DNA of 58,608 nucleotides, from NCBI GenBank assembly GCA_034399535.1, contig DASCSS010000022.1, positions 1-58,608 on the forward strand, given 5' to 3'. Under the pieces are notes generated by a model, which worked only from the letters and a program-made list of their open reading frames with translations, had not been told where the DNA came from and made no database searches. This document shows, piece after piece, positions 26,484-36,300 of the stretch. Numbering within the stretch: the stretch's first letter is position 1; each line of letters begins with the position of its first letter. Both the position numbers and the translations under genes were made by a program. Origin of the DNA: Candidatus Thalassarchaeaceae archaeon. GTDB lineage: Archaea; Thermoplasmatota; Poseidoniia; Poseidoniales; Thalassarchaeaceae.

Positions 26484-28478
26484 ATGACGTCATCAGAATG
26501 GCCGCCTCGAGAAGTGCGTCTATCGACAAATAAGCGCGTACTATTCCTCACAAAGGACCTAGAGCTGATTCGCAAGCAACTTTACGACGGTCTGGAACTC
26601 AGGATGGAGGACCTGTCCGTTGATGATCTGCTCGATGACATCAATACGGATGTGATGACTCCAGCATGGGTCTGCTTCGATCACGATCCTGCAGTAATCG
26701 CCGAGAACGCATATGCGGGACTGGTGCATGAAGGAAGGAGGGTTTTCGAGCCAAGGGCACTGATTGATGGGGAATTCGAAGTAATAGTCTCAGGACATCG
26801 AAAAGGAACAGGTTCGAGCAGGGAGACGGCACCTCAATGTGAACGATGGTCTGGAGTCAGGATTGCGATTGCGGCCTCATTTGCACCGATTCACGAACGA
26901 AACAATCTGAATTTAGGACAGTTGATGGGGGACCATGACATGCTTAGGAGATTGCAAGAAGGAGATGTCATTCCCCTCTCCGAATTCACATCAAAATACG
27001 ATCCGGTAAGTAGGCTAATCCTGGAGAGCGGTGGGATCCTTCCTTTCGCCAAGAGGCTGGATGAGGGCTCGATTGAGCTTCCACCCTTGTCGACCGGTGA
27101 AAGAAAGATGAATATGGTAGAGAAGCTGATTGCAAACAAGCTTCTCTGTAATAATGCTAAGAATGGTTATGTAAAGCCTGGAGACGCAGTTCTGGCACAA
27201 GTAGATGGGGGTTATTCCCATGAGTTCACTACCGCTCAGGTTCATACCTTTCTAGCAGAGGAGTACGGGGGGGATTACAGCCTGCCCAACCCTCCAAAAT
27301 TTGCCGTTTTCGAGGATCATCTCCTCTATGCCACCGGGGTCCCAAGGTTTGGAAGGTTCGTAGACAAAATCCAGAATCTCAGAGATTTGCAGAACGCATT
27401 CCAAGAACATACTGGGGTCAGGGACTATTCAGCAGAGGGGGGGGTAAGTCCCGGAATTTGCCACCAAGTGGCTAGAGAGGAATTCATCGATGTGGGTGAC
27501 TTCATCCAAGCTACCGATTCCCATACGTGCATGGGCGGAGCTTCCAACGCTCTGGCCTACGGGGTTGGTTCAACAGAGTATGCAAACCTAATCCACAACC
27601 AATTCGCTTTCGTCAATGTACCTGAGAGCATTCGCTTCGAACTGGTAGGGAGCCTGGATCCAGGATGTACGGCCAAGGACGTGATATTGCACATTCTCTG
27701 GAAGTTTGCAGCAAAATCAGAGACTTTGGACAGGAGTATGGAATTTGGTGGCCCGGGACTATCGAGCCTATCGATGGATGAACGGGCTACTCTATGCAAC
27801 ATGGCGACAGAGTGCAGCGCGAAGACAGGTATTTGCGAAGCGGATGAAAGAACGGTCGAGTGGTTGATGTCTAGGCGAGATGGCGTTTCGGAAGAAGAAA
27901 TCAAGGATGGTTTCGTGATTCCCGATAAAGGAGCTGTCTACGATGGAGGGGTGCATGAGATTAACCTCGAGAAGATTCGTCCAATGGTAGCCCATCCAGG
28001 TAACCCGGACGAGGGAGTTCCCTCGGACCCCACCAACGGAGCATACATTGACGAAATAGGTGATGTCAAGATAGATATCGCATATGCTGGTTCTTGCACT
28101 GCAGGGAAGGATGACGACTTCTCATACTATGCAATGGTCTGCGAAGCTGCCCTTGAATCAGGCCTAACCATTGCTGAAGGAGTGGAATGCTACATCCAGT
28201 TCGGATCTAAAACGGTAAAGGAACTCTCGAATAACAGGGGATGGACGGAAACATTCGAGAAGGTGGGTGTGAAACTAATTGACCCCGGTTGCGGGGCTTG
28301 CATAGGTGCTGGTCCAGGAGTCAGTGAGAGTGTCGAGCAGGTTACTGTTTCTGCAATAAACAGAAACTTTCAGGGTCGTTCTGGACCGGGCATGCTCTAC
28401 CTAGCTAGTCCATTGACTGTGATGACAAGTGCCTTCAAAGGAAAAATCACTGCTTGGAGCCCCGGAATTTTCTCATAA
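26484..28478 (+). CDS. aconitase-family hydro-lyase with N-terminal LeuD-like swivel domain fused before the LeuC-like catalytic domains
   Basis: The N-terminal part DDINTDVMTPAW...GTGSSRETAPQC...IAASFAPIHERNNLNLG is small-subunit (swivel) type. The later DSHTCMGGASNALAYGVGSTE, GSCTAGKDDD and GCGACIGAGPG are the Fe-S ligand and catalytic blocks. Confidence 0.7.
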   Translation: MTSSEWPPREVRLSTNKRVLFLTKDLELIRKQLYDGLELRMEDLSVDDLLDDINTDVMTPAWVCFDHDPAVIAENAYAGLVHEGRRVFEPRALIDGEFEVIVSGHRKGTGSSRETAPQCERWSGVRIAIAASFAPIHERNNLNLGQLMGDHDMLRRLQEGDVIPLSEFTSKYDPVSRLILESGGILPFAKRLDEGSIELPPLSTGERKMNMVEKLIANKLLCNNAKNGYVKPGDAVLAQVDGGYSHEFTTAQVHTFLAEEYGGDYSLPNPPKFAVFEDHLLYATGVPRFGRFVDKIQNLRDLQNAFQEHTGVRDYSAEGGVSPGICHQVAREEFIDVGDFIQATDSHTCMGGASNALAYGVGSTEYANLIHNQFAFVNVPESIRFELVGSLDPGCTAKDVILHILWKFAAKSETLDRSMEFGGPGLSSLSMDERATLCNMATECSAKTGICEADERTVEWLMSRRDGVSEEEIKDGFVIPDKGAVYDGGVHEINLEKIRPMVAHPGNPDEGVPSDPTNGAYIDEIGDVKIDIAYAGSCTAGKDDDFSYYAMVCEAALESGLTIAEGVECYIQFGSKTVKELSNNRGWTETFEKVGVKLIDPGCGACIGAGPGVSESVEQVTVSAINRNFQGRSGPGMLYLASPLTVMTSAFKGKITAWSPGIFS

Positions 28479-28588
28479 TTGGGCATAATTGGGCCGAAAT
28501 ATCAGAGATTCTTAAGGGCCTGCCGAGGCCGAGGTGGTCTACTGCTCAAGCCCCAAGTCATTCGGACATGGGAGGACTTGACTGAGGG

Positions 28589-30661
28589 ATGCGTATGGCC
28601 AGAACCGAAAAGACCGTTAGCAAGCAAAAACAAGTATCGATTAGTGAGTTCTTCGAGAAGAACAAGCATTTCCTAGGTTTTGACACTTTACAGCGATCAA
28701 TTATTACGGCTGTAAAGGAGGCGGTAGACAATTCACTGGACGCCTGTGAAGAGAGGAGGATCCTTCCAGAAATACGGATAGAAATTAATCGAAAAAAGGG
28801 AGATAACCTGGAGTTGATAGCGCAGGACAATGGGCCCGGAATCCCTAGAACCGCAATTGAACATGTATTCGGTAAGTTTCTGCTGGGTTCTAGATTTCAC
28901 TCAATTAGACAGACGCGAGGCCAACAGGGAATTGGAATCACCGGTGTTGTGATGTATAGCCAACTCACTACAGGATCAAAAACCAAGGTAACTTCGAAGA
29001 TTAAGCGAGACACCGGCGCAGTATTCGTAGAGTTAGGAATTGATACTAGGAAGAATAAAGCGATTAAATCTGGAGAGGAGCGGAAGCCTTGGTTCGACGA
29101 AAAGACGCAAGAGGAAATCCAGCATGGTCTGAGAATTCAAACATTGATGAAGGCGAAATACCAGAGAGGAAAGAAATCCGTTTACCAATATCTCCGTATG
29201 ACTTCAATCGTAAATCCGCATGCCACGATTAGTCTGGAGGTCCGAGACAGGGATGGAGAGATTATCGAAGAGGGTTATTGGCCAAGGAATACTAATGAGT
29301 TGCCTCGAGTAGTTAAGGAAATTGAACCACATCCCCATGGGATTCACCTAGGAACACTCCAAAGAATGCTGCGTGAGACCGAGAAAAAGAATATGGTTGA
29401 TTTTCTACATGAATCGTTCTCCAGTGTAGCAGAAAGTAGAGCCAAGAAATTGCTAGATGAATCTGGACTGGAATATTCAAGGCAGCCACGTCGAATAAAG
29501 AGCCAGGATGCTGAGAGGCTTCTGGAATGCATGCAGAAGAATAAGTTACCCAATCCGGATTTGGATTGCCTATCACCAATCGAAGGGGTATTAATCAAAA
29601 AAGGCATGTCCAAGGCTATAGATTCGAGGTTCGCATCTACGAGAACGAGTGAGCCGAAAGTTAGCCAAGGAAACCCATACCAAGTAGAAGTTGGTTTGGT
29701 ATTTGGAGGGGACCTAAAAGCCGATTCTCCGATTGAAATTCTAAGATTTGCAAACCGGGTCCCACTGATGTACCAACAAGGAGGTTGCGCATTAACCAAA
29801 GCAATTGAGTCTGTGAACTGGAGAACATATGGACTTGATCAACCAGGCGGTCGTGGAATTCCAAGGGGACCTGCTGCAGTCTTGGTCCATATTGCTTCGA
29901 CGAACGTACAATTCACCAGCGAGGCCAAAGAGGCTGTAGCAGTAAACAATGATGTAATGAAAGAAATCAGGAAATCTCTGCAAAGGATTGGTCAGGGATT
30001 GCAAGGTCACCTAAGGAAGAGCGTTGAGAGAGAGAAGACGAGAGAGAAGTTCGATTTGGTAAATATTATACTGCCTGAAATAGCTAGAAAATCATCAAAG
30101 ATTCTGGGGCGTGAGGTTCCCGAATTGTCTCCCGTGATTACAAAAATAATGAATGCAGTATTCTGTGAAGAAGAAGTAGGTTGGGACAGTGGCAGAAGAC
30201 TTGCAACATGTACTATCAAAGTGTACAACTACACCGCGAGAGCTAGAGCCTTCACTATCCTCGCGAAGTGGCCAGAGAGGGAAGGAGCGCGAATTGAAGA
30301 CAATGAGTTGGTAGGCCGGAAGGAAGCAGTGGGTTTGTGGAATTGGAGAATTGAAACCCTGAATCCAGGAACATCCAGTACAATACACTTCACAGTTTCG
30401 GGATTGGAAAGAGGGCAGTGGACGGAAACTGAAATATTCTTCAGAGGGAATGGAGAAATAATTGGGGCTACGAAAATTGACGAAGAGCTTCTCAAAGAAA
30501 TAAGAAATTCAGAAGAAGAAATTGTCATTGAAGTAGAAGTGGAGAAGCTGCCGACACCAATTGATTGGATTAAGGATCGAGCATCTGAGGCTGACAATCC
30601 AGAAGAGGGTGATGATAACGAATACAGGCAGCACAGGTTGGACGAGGAATGGAGTGAGTAG
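28589..30661 (+). CDS. top6B: DNA topoisomerase VI subunit B
   Basis: FFEKNKHFLGFD...ITAVKEAVDNSLDACEE (Bergerat fold N-box), DNGPGIP, and GQQGIG in the transducer region. 690 aa. It sits immediately upstream of top6A. Confidence 0.9.
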   Translation: MRMARTEKTVSKQKQVSISEFFEKNKHFLGFDTLQRSIITAVKEAVDNSLDACEERRILPEIRIEINRKKGDNLELIAQDNGPGIPRTAIEHVFGKFLLGSRFHSIRQTRGQQGIGITGVVMYSQLTTGSKTKVTSKIKRDTGAVFVELGIDTRKNKAIKSGEERKPWFDEKTQEEIQHGLRIQTLMKAKYQRGKKSVYQYLRMTSIVNPHATISLEVRDRDGEIIEEGYWPRNTNELPRVVKEIEPHPHGIHLGTLQRMLRETEKKNMVDFLHESFSSVAESRAKKLLDESGLEYSRQPRRIKSQDAERLLECMQKNKLPNPDLDCLSPIEGVLIKKGMSKAIDSRFASTRTSEPKVSQGNPYQVEVGLVFGGDLKADSPIEILRFANRVPLMYQQGGCALTKAIESVNWRTYGLDQPGGRGIPRGPAAVLVHIASTNVQFTSEAKEAVAVNNDVMKEIRKSLQRIGQGLQGHLRKSVEREKTREKFDLVNIILPEIARKSSKILGREVPELSPVITKIMNAVFCEEEVGWDSGRRLATCTIKVYNYTARARAFTILAKWPEREGARIEDNELVGRKEAVGLWNWRIETLNPGTSSTIHFTVSGLERGQWTETEIFFRGNGEIIGATKIDEELLKEIRNSEEEIVIEVEVEKLPTPIDWIKDRASEADNPEEGDDNEYRQHRLDEEWSE

Positions 30662-30678
30662 TTAATGGAGTTGAGTGT

Positions 30679-31785
30679 ATGAGTATGAATAAGCAGAAGA
30701 CCAAGGAAGAGGTAGTAGAGGCCCTACATGATATTGCCTCTAAAATGCATGACGATATGACAAAGGGTGAGGCTCCCAAGATGACTCTTCCCGTCCGAAC
30801 TAAGAAAAACATCAGCTTCGATAAGAAATTGGGAGTATACAAATATGGCAAGAAAAAGAGTAGTAGGGATGCTACTTCGTTAGGATCAGCAAGACAACTT
30901 CTGAGAGCCCTGCACATTTCTGAATTTGTGGAGGAAATGATTTCTGTGGATAAGACATCTACTCTAAGGGAGATGTACTACATCTCAGAGGGATGGGGCC
31001 ATGGGAAATTCGCGAGTCAGAACGAGAGCAACAATCTAGCCGAAGACTTAGAGATAGTTACAAAGTGCCTGAGAGAGGACTTTGGGCTCAGACCAGAAGA
31101 AGACGGAGCGCGAATAATCGGAAACGTCACTTTTGAGGAGCGGAACAGAAAGGGGGATTGGATGCGAATAAACTGTCGGGATGATGTTGGTGATTCAGGA
31201 TACGGAGTACCGTACAATGTGGAGTCCGAGAAGCTCAATTTGATAGAGGAGGATGTCGACTTCGTGATGGCAATCGAGACGGGTGGTATGTTTGATCGGC
31301 TCGTTGAGAATGGCTTCGATGAGGAGGCAAGGTGTGCTCTTGTCCACCTGAAAGGCCAACCTGCTCGCTCCACTAGGAGGATGATGAAAAGGATGAGCGA
31401 GGAGTGGAATAAGCCGATTATGGTCTTCGCTGACTGTGATCCATGGTCATTCAGGATATATGCCAGCATTGCCTATGGTGCTATCAAGACGGCTCACATT
31501 TCCGAATACTTGGCGACAAAGGAAGCGACTTACCTCGGAATTACTGCTGATGACATCCTAGCCTACGACCTACCCAGTGACGATCTGACGAAGCAGGACC
31601 TGAACGCATTGGAGGCCGAGCTGAGTGACCCGCGCTTCTCAACTGGGTGGTGGCAGGAACAAATCGGTTTGATGCAGGAAATTGGGAGGAAGGCTGAGCA
31701 GCAGTCCCTAGCAAAGTATGGCTTAGATTTCGTAACTGACACTTACCTCCCTGAGAAACTGTCCGCTCTCGGTCTGTCTTACTGA
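30679..31785 (+). CDS. top6A: DNA topoisomerase VI subunit A (Spo11 homologue)
   Basis: REMYYISEGW (catalytic Tyr region), the Toprim block IETGGMFDRL, and ADCDPWSFRIY. 368 aa. Confidence 0.9.
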   Translation: MSMNKQKTKEEVVEALHDIASKMHDDMTKGEAPKMTLPVRTKKNISFDKKLGVYKYGKKKSSRDATSLGSARQLLRALHISEFVEEMISVDKTSTLREMYYISEGWGHGKFASQNESNNLAEDLEIVTKCLREDFGLRPEEDGARIIGNVTFEERNRKGDWMRINCRDDVGDSGYGVPYNVESEKLNLIEEDVDFVMAIETGGMFDRLVENGFDEEARCALVHLKGQPARSTRRMMKRMSEEWNKPIMVFADCDPWSFRIYASIAYGAIKTAHISEYLATKEATYLGITADDILAYDLPSDDLTKQDLNALEAELSDPRFSTGWWQEQIGLMQEIGRKAEQQSLAKYGLDFVTDTYLPEKLSALGLSY

Positions 31786-31821
31786 AAAAATCCTGATAGA
31801 TGAAAAGCCCTCGGGTGGGGT

Positions 31822-32544
31822 ATGGTCAGCGGCAAGAGGGCTTGGGCAATTCGCTCAACTGGCACTTCATTCATCCTCCTGATTTTGGCAATTATTGCCA
31901 TAATGCAATTATATCCTAGCATAGCCTTCGACGAGGAGGAGTACGTTGTGAGGATAGGACATGGGGAACAGGCTGATTTCGAGGTAGATGAAGACACGAT
32001 ACTAACTGCCTTACGTGTGAATGAGGGTTCGCACCCTTCAAGCGAGCTTAGACTAGAGAACGGCAGTGGTAGTGAGTTTCCCGGTAGGGCAGTGAGCTGG
32101 ATTGAGGGAGATCGCCCCGGGTTGGATGGGGAGAAGATTTACTCGCTGGTCCGAATTTTCGAAGGCCTGGAGCCGGGTTCCTACACACTGTTCAATGACG
32201 CAGAATCATCAGAGCTTTGGCTTGTTGATGATGGAAACATGATGGATGAGATGTACAGCAACCCATGGATGTGGTTGTTCTGGTTCGGATGCTGTCTTGG
32301 GATTCCTGTGGGCTTAGTGGGAATCGTCCTAGCCATCATGACTTGGGCGGACAGACGCAAGTCTCCGGATCAATTCGTAGTTTTCAACGATGGTAGCGTA
32401 ATCCTTACCGATACGGAGGATTACAGTCCCATTGAGGGGGATGTGAATGGAGTCCGTGGACCATTCGTGGGGGTTCCCGAAATTGGAGACGACACGGTCC
32501 CCGTAGTAGAGGAAAGCCGATGGATGGAGTGGGACGACGGTTGA
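31822..32544 (+). CDS. two-TM membrane protein with ~140-aa ectodomain and acidic tail (paralogue of 56744-57478)
   Basis: Helix 1 is FILLILAIIAIMQLYP and helix 2 is WLFWFGCCLGIPVGLVGIVLAI. The block around helix 2 and the segment after it (PDQFVVFNDGSVILTD) align with the 56744-57478 product. Confidence 0.6.
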   Translation: MVSGKRAWAIRSTGTSFILLILAIIAIMQLYPSIAFDEEEYVVRIGHGEQADFEVDEDTILTALRVNEGSHPSSELRLENGSGSEFPGRAVSWIEGDRPGLDGEKIYSLVRIFEGLEPGSYTLFNDAESSELWLVDDGNMMDEMYSNPWMWLFWFGCCLGIPVGLVGIVLAIMTWADRRKSPDQFVVFNDGSVILTDTEDYSPIEGDVNGVRGPFVGVPEIGDDTVPVVEESRWMEWDDG

Positions 32545-32600
32545 CGCACAACAGGATATGGTGGAGATTAGTCCAATTGGGTTTTTAGGAGGGCCTGACT

Positions 32601-32614
32601 ACCCAACCTTGGGT
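32601..32614. promoter_or_regulatory. perfect inverted repeat ACCCAA-cc-TTGGGT, 10 nt upstream of the ArsR-family gene start
   Basis: Read directly from the sequence. ArsR/SmtB repressors commonly autoregulate through short palindromes overlapping their own start region. Confidence 0.3.
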
Positions 32615-32623
32615 TGGTAAGTC

Positions 32624-33361
32624 ATGGTAGGATTCGACGAGTCCCTCAGCATACTAGAGAACTCTACCCGAAGAGACATTCTCAAGTGCTTGGTGAAAGA
32701 GCCCCACTACCCACTCCAACTGTCGGAGATATTGGACGTGAGCCAGCAAGCAATAGTAAAACACCTGAAGGTCCTTGAAGGAGCAGGGTTCGTAGACTCG
32801 GAAAGTAAGAAGTCGGACAAGGGCGGACCTCCCAAGAAGGTTTACAGGGTTAACCAGTCTTTCTCCATTAGGCTCGACTTGGGTCCTGACCTATTCAGAG
32901 CAGAGCATAGAAAGATGCCCAAAGGTGGTGCCGTGAAGCTCTCGGGGAAGTTGCCGAATGATCTTGGGAATGTGATCGATCGGATTGGAACACGGAGGGC
33001 TTTGCCTATGGTCGATGCAATGGGCATTCTATCGGAGCTTGACTCGGCTTTGGAGAAGGTTGACGAGCAAAGGGATGCGATAATAGCGCTTCACCAGCAA
33101 GTAATGCACAAAGTCTCGCCGAGTGTTGAAGAGCACTTCGAATCCTATGAAGAGAGGCAATTGGCTCATGCGATGATGACTCACCCCCGTAGGCCACTGG
33201 ATCTAGATGCTTTCTCACATGGACTGAGGATACAATCCGTTCAGGCCGAGAAGATGATGGACACATTGAGAGAGAGGCTGATGAGAGATTTCGCATCAAC
33301 AAAGGGAAGTTTTGTTGCTGCTAGTGAAAGCACCCCCCTACCTTGGTGGATGGCCAAGTAG
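32624..33361 (+). CDS. ArsR-family winged-helix regulator with ~150-aa C-terminal extension
   Basis: RRDILKCLVKEPHYPLQLSEILDVSQQAIVKHLKVLEGAGFV is a canonical ArsR/SmtB HTH. The remaining sequence is helical and uncharacterised. Confidence 0.75.
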   Translation: MVGFDESLSILENSTRRDILKCLVKEPHYPLQLSEILDVSQQAIVKHLKVLEGAGFVDSESKKSDKGGPPKKVYRVNQSFSIRLDLGPDLFRAEHRKMPKGGAVKLSGKLPNDLGNVIDRIGTRRALPMVDAMGILSELDSALEKVDEQRDAIIALHQQVMHKVSPSVEEHFESYEERQLAHAMMTHPRRPLDLDAFSHGLRIQSVQAEKMMDTLRERLMRDFASTKGSFVAASESTPLPWWMAK

Positions 33362-33362
33362 T

Positions 33363-36300
33363 TTAGAATATCAGATCGTCATCTTCTGTGCCTGGCAACA
33401 GACTGCTAAGCTCCTGGAATCTGGAGATGGCGGCAATTCTCCTGCCCCAGACAACGAAGCCGGCAACACCCATTAGCGAGACGGTTGCACCGACGATAAT
33501 GGTGGGTACGGCGTAGTTAGCTACTACATCGACACCGACGTCAAGGGCGCCCCACTTGGAGCTCATCTTTCCTCCATCTATTGACATGATGTTGTTGGAT
33601 TCGTCGGTCTCGACAATGTTGTTGTCAGGATCTACGACGACTACAATATCATGGTTTCCTGCCTCGACCATGTAAAGGAGTGTGATTGGGTTGGCCTCTT
33701 CTACGGTGGATTGGCCGATTGGCATGATTGCTTTCACTATCTGTCGGTAAACGATATTGCTCTCCTCGCAGCCATTACGTTTGATATCTGAAGGAGATTG
33801 GTCTTTGCAGAGGATGATGTTGACGTCGGCCGCGTGGGCGTTGCCTCGATTTAGGACGTAAACGCTGACTGAGAGCATCTCCCCTATCTCGCCCTCGGTA
33901 TTTCCAGCAACCACCCTGTATAGGTCCAAATCGGGGGCCCGGAGTCTTAGCTCCAGAATCTGCTCGTTGTCATCACAATCAGGGGCGGGGTTGTCCAACA
34001 ACCCGTCTTTGTTTTTGTCCAAGGTGCAAGAGTCGTCCCATAAGAGGGTCTCATCATGGTCACCTCCTTGTTCGGAGGACCCGTGCATCGAAAGTGCCTT
34101 GATTCCAATGTACCTGTCCTGCAGGGCCGCCTCGGGATCAATTGATACTATCACAACAAGTTGCAATGTTGTGTATGGTTGCATTGTCGGGAGTGTGACT
34201 ACGTTGTTAGAAGTGACGAAGCAATCGTTGGTCTGCTCAGGTAGTAACTGTGTAGAGGTAAGCTCTGTGCATGGCATCTCCAATGGGTACTCGGTTCTGA
34301 ATCCTTCAAGGAGAGCGAAGTCAATCTCCCATGCACTAAGTGTACTGTATTCGAGTAGTGCCCAGATATCGGATTCCTGTATGTAGCTGTAGTTGTGGAT
34401 TGTTGGCCTATCCTCAACGTTACCAAAGTTTGTGACGTTGACTGTGAACCTCACAATCCTGCTGGGGGCCGTGGTCTTAATCTTGCTTTCAACTGATGGA
34501 TCAAGGGTGACCCTCATGTCATGGAATTCGATAATAGTAGCTCGAATAACTATCTGATCCTGGAGTCTGGTTCCTTCATATGGTTCCTCGCTCAATACAT
34601 TGAATGTGATAGTGTACTCACCAGCGAGGGTCTGCTCTGGAACATTTATGTCGATTGTAATAATCTGCGACTCGTCCCTATCCAGCTCCAAGAACAGGAT
34701 TCTGGGGATGTTCAAGTCCCAAACATGAGAATCCCCGTTTCCGTCTACTATGGAATCGATGGAAACGTCGTATCTATCTGCTCCGTTCCCGATGTTGTTG
34801 ATTGTTGCATCCATTTGGTAGGATTGCCCGGGGTATAGGTCGAGGATTGTATTCTCAACGTTGGCTTCCAGCTCATATCTCTGAACCACGTTTGTCAAAA
34901 TTAGGACCGAGTCTCTAACCTTCGGTGAGCCGTCTAGATGTGCTCGCACCGTTACAGACTCGCCTATGCCTGCGGTTGAGTTGAATGGGGAGCACATCTC
35001 CGCGGTTACGAAGTAGGGAGTGTTGACTTGGGCCCAATACACGTCCCCATCCGGTGAGGAAGAGCTGCCGGGCCATTCAGAGAAGTCCAGTTCCACTGTC
35101 CAGTGATCGAATCGCCAAGTTAGCAGGTCGAATTCTGAGGGCTTCTCCTGTGGGGATCCTGGGGTAGTGAAAACAAGGTTCCCCGGTGTGAAGTGCTTTG
35201 TGACCTGAATTGGGAATTCGGCACATTCTCCTGGCAAGACGTAGAGCTTGGTGTCTCCGATGTCGAAAACAATGTTTCCAGTAGTTCTAATTGAGACGTT
35301 GATCCACAGCTCCAACACATCAAAGGTCCCTCTGTCAATAGATAATACCGGCTCTCCGAGGGACCATCCCTTGAGATAAATCACAAAAGTACCAGGATCT
35401 TGTGATTCAGGGACGCTTACCTTGAGGTTCCTAGTAACCGACTGCCCTGGATCTAAGGAAATCAACAGGGGGAAATCGATACCCCACCCAAACGGCAATG
35501 CCCATTCGTTTTGGCCGTCAAGTGTGGAAGGATCGTAGAATGCGAAGGAGTCGAAGACGTTGCCCGTATTCCTAATTGAGATTGAGAAGACTGCTGACTT
35601 TCCTTGCTCAACATCAACTTGGAAATGACTCGTATCTAGTTCGATTCCATGGACCACGTCCATCAAAGTAAGAATGGTGAGTTGGTTGCGAATTGCTGGA
35701 TCCTTGTGGGATGTTGCAAGTATTGAAATCTGAGCGAGTTCGTCCTGTTTAGCCTGATATATCGTCGGGGCTCTGATTCTGATGTACAAGGGGACTACCT
35801 CGCCGCCCTCTAGGAAAACCGGGGTTGAGTCGAAGATTGGGGTGTTGTTGGTTGCGAAGAAGAGTGTTGAGGTCCAGTTGTTTGGCACCCCGTCGACGGT
35901 GACTGTGAATGTGTCCTGGACCAGTTCAGCTGGACCCGGGGTGGGGTTGGCGATTGTGATGTTGAAGGTAGTCAGCTCGCTTGGCTGTATAGTGTGGTAA
36001 TATGTCTCAGCCTCAGTGGGGCAATCGTATGGGTAACCATCGAGGTTTGGGTTTGCGACTATCTTATCGTCGCAAGCCAAGGAGACGGCGACGAGTCCGG
36101 TTAGAACGTGAACATAACACAAGGTATACCTGTTTGAGTTTCCTTGATCGTTGCACTTGTTTGTATCGGACCACCCCAGGTGTGCTCCACTTCCCATATC
36201 GTTTGCGAATGCTGGAGGCATTCCGAAATCAGGAATTAGCGGGGAGTTTGGGCCGAGCTTGTCGGACTGCCACTCTGTGACTGGAACCCTCTGCCACGGG

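Noticed and set aside
28423-28429. A GTGATGA C-box-like string near the aconitase 3' end (also ATGATGA inside vsr near 50917), as possible C/D-box sRNAs.
   Set aside because: No matching D box (CTGA) or terminal stem occurs at the expected spacing. Both strings lie inside well-supported coding sequence.
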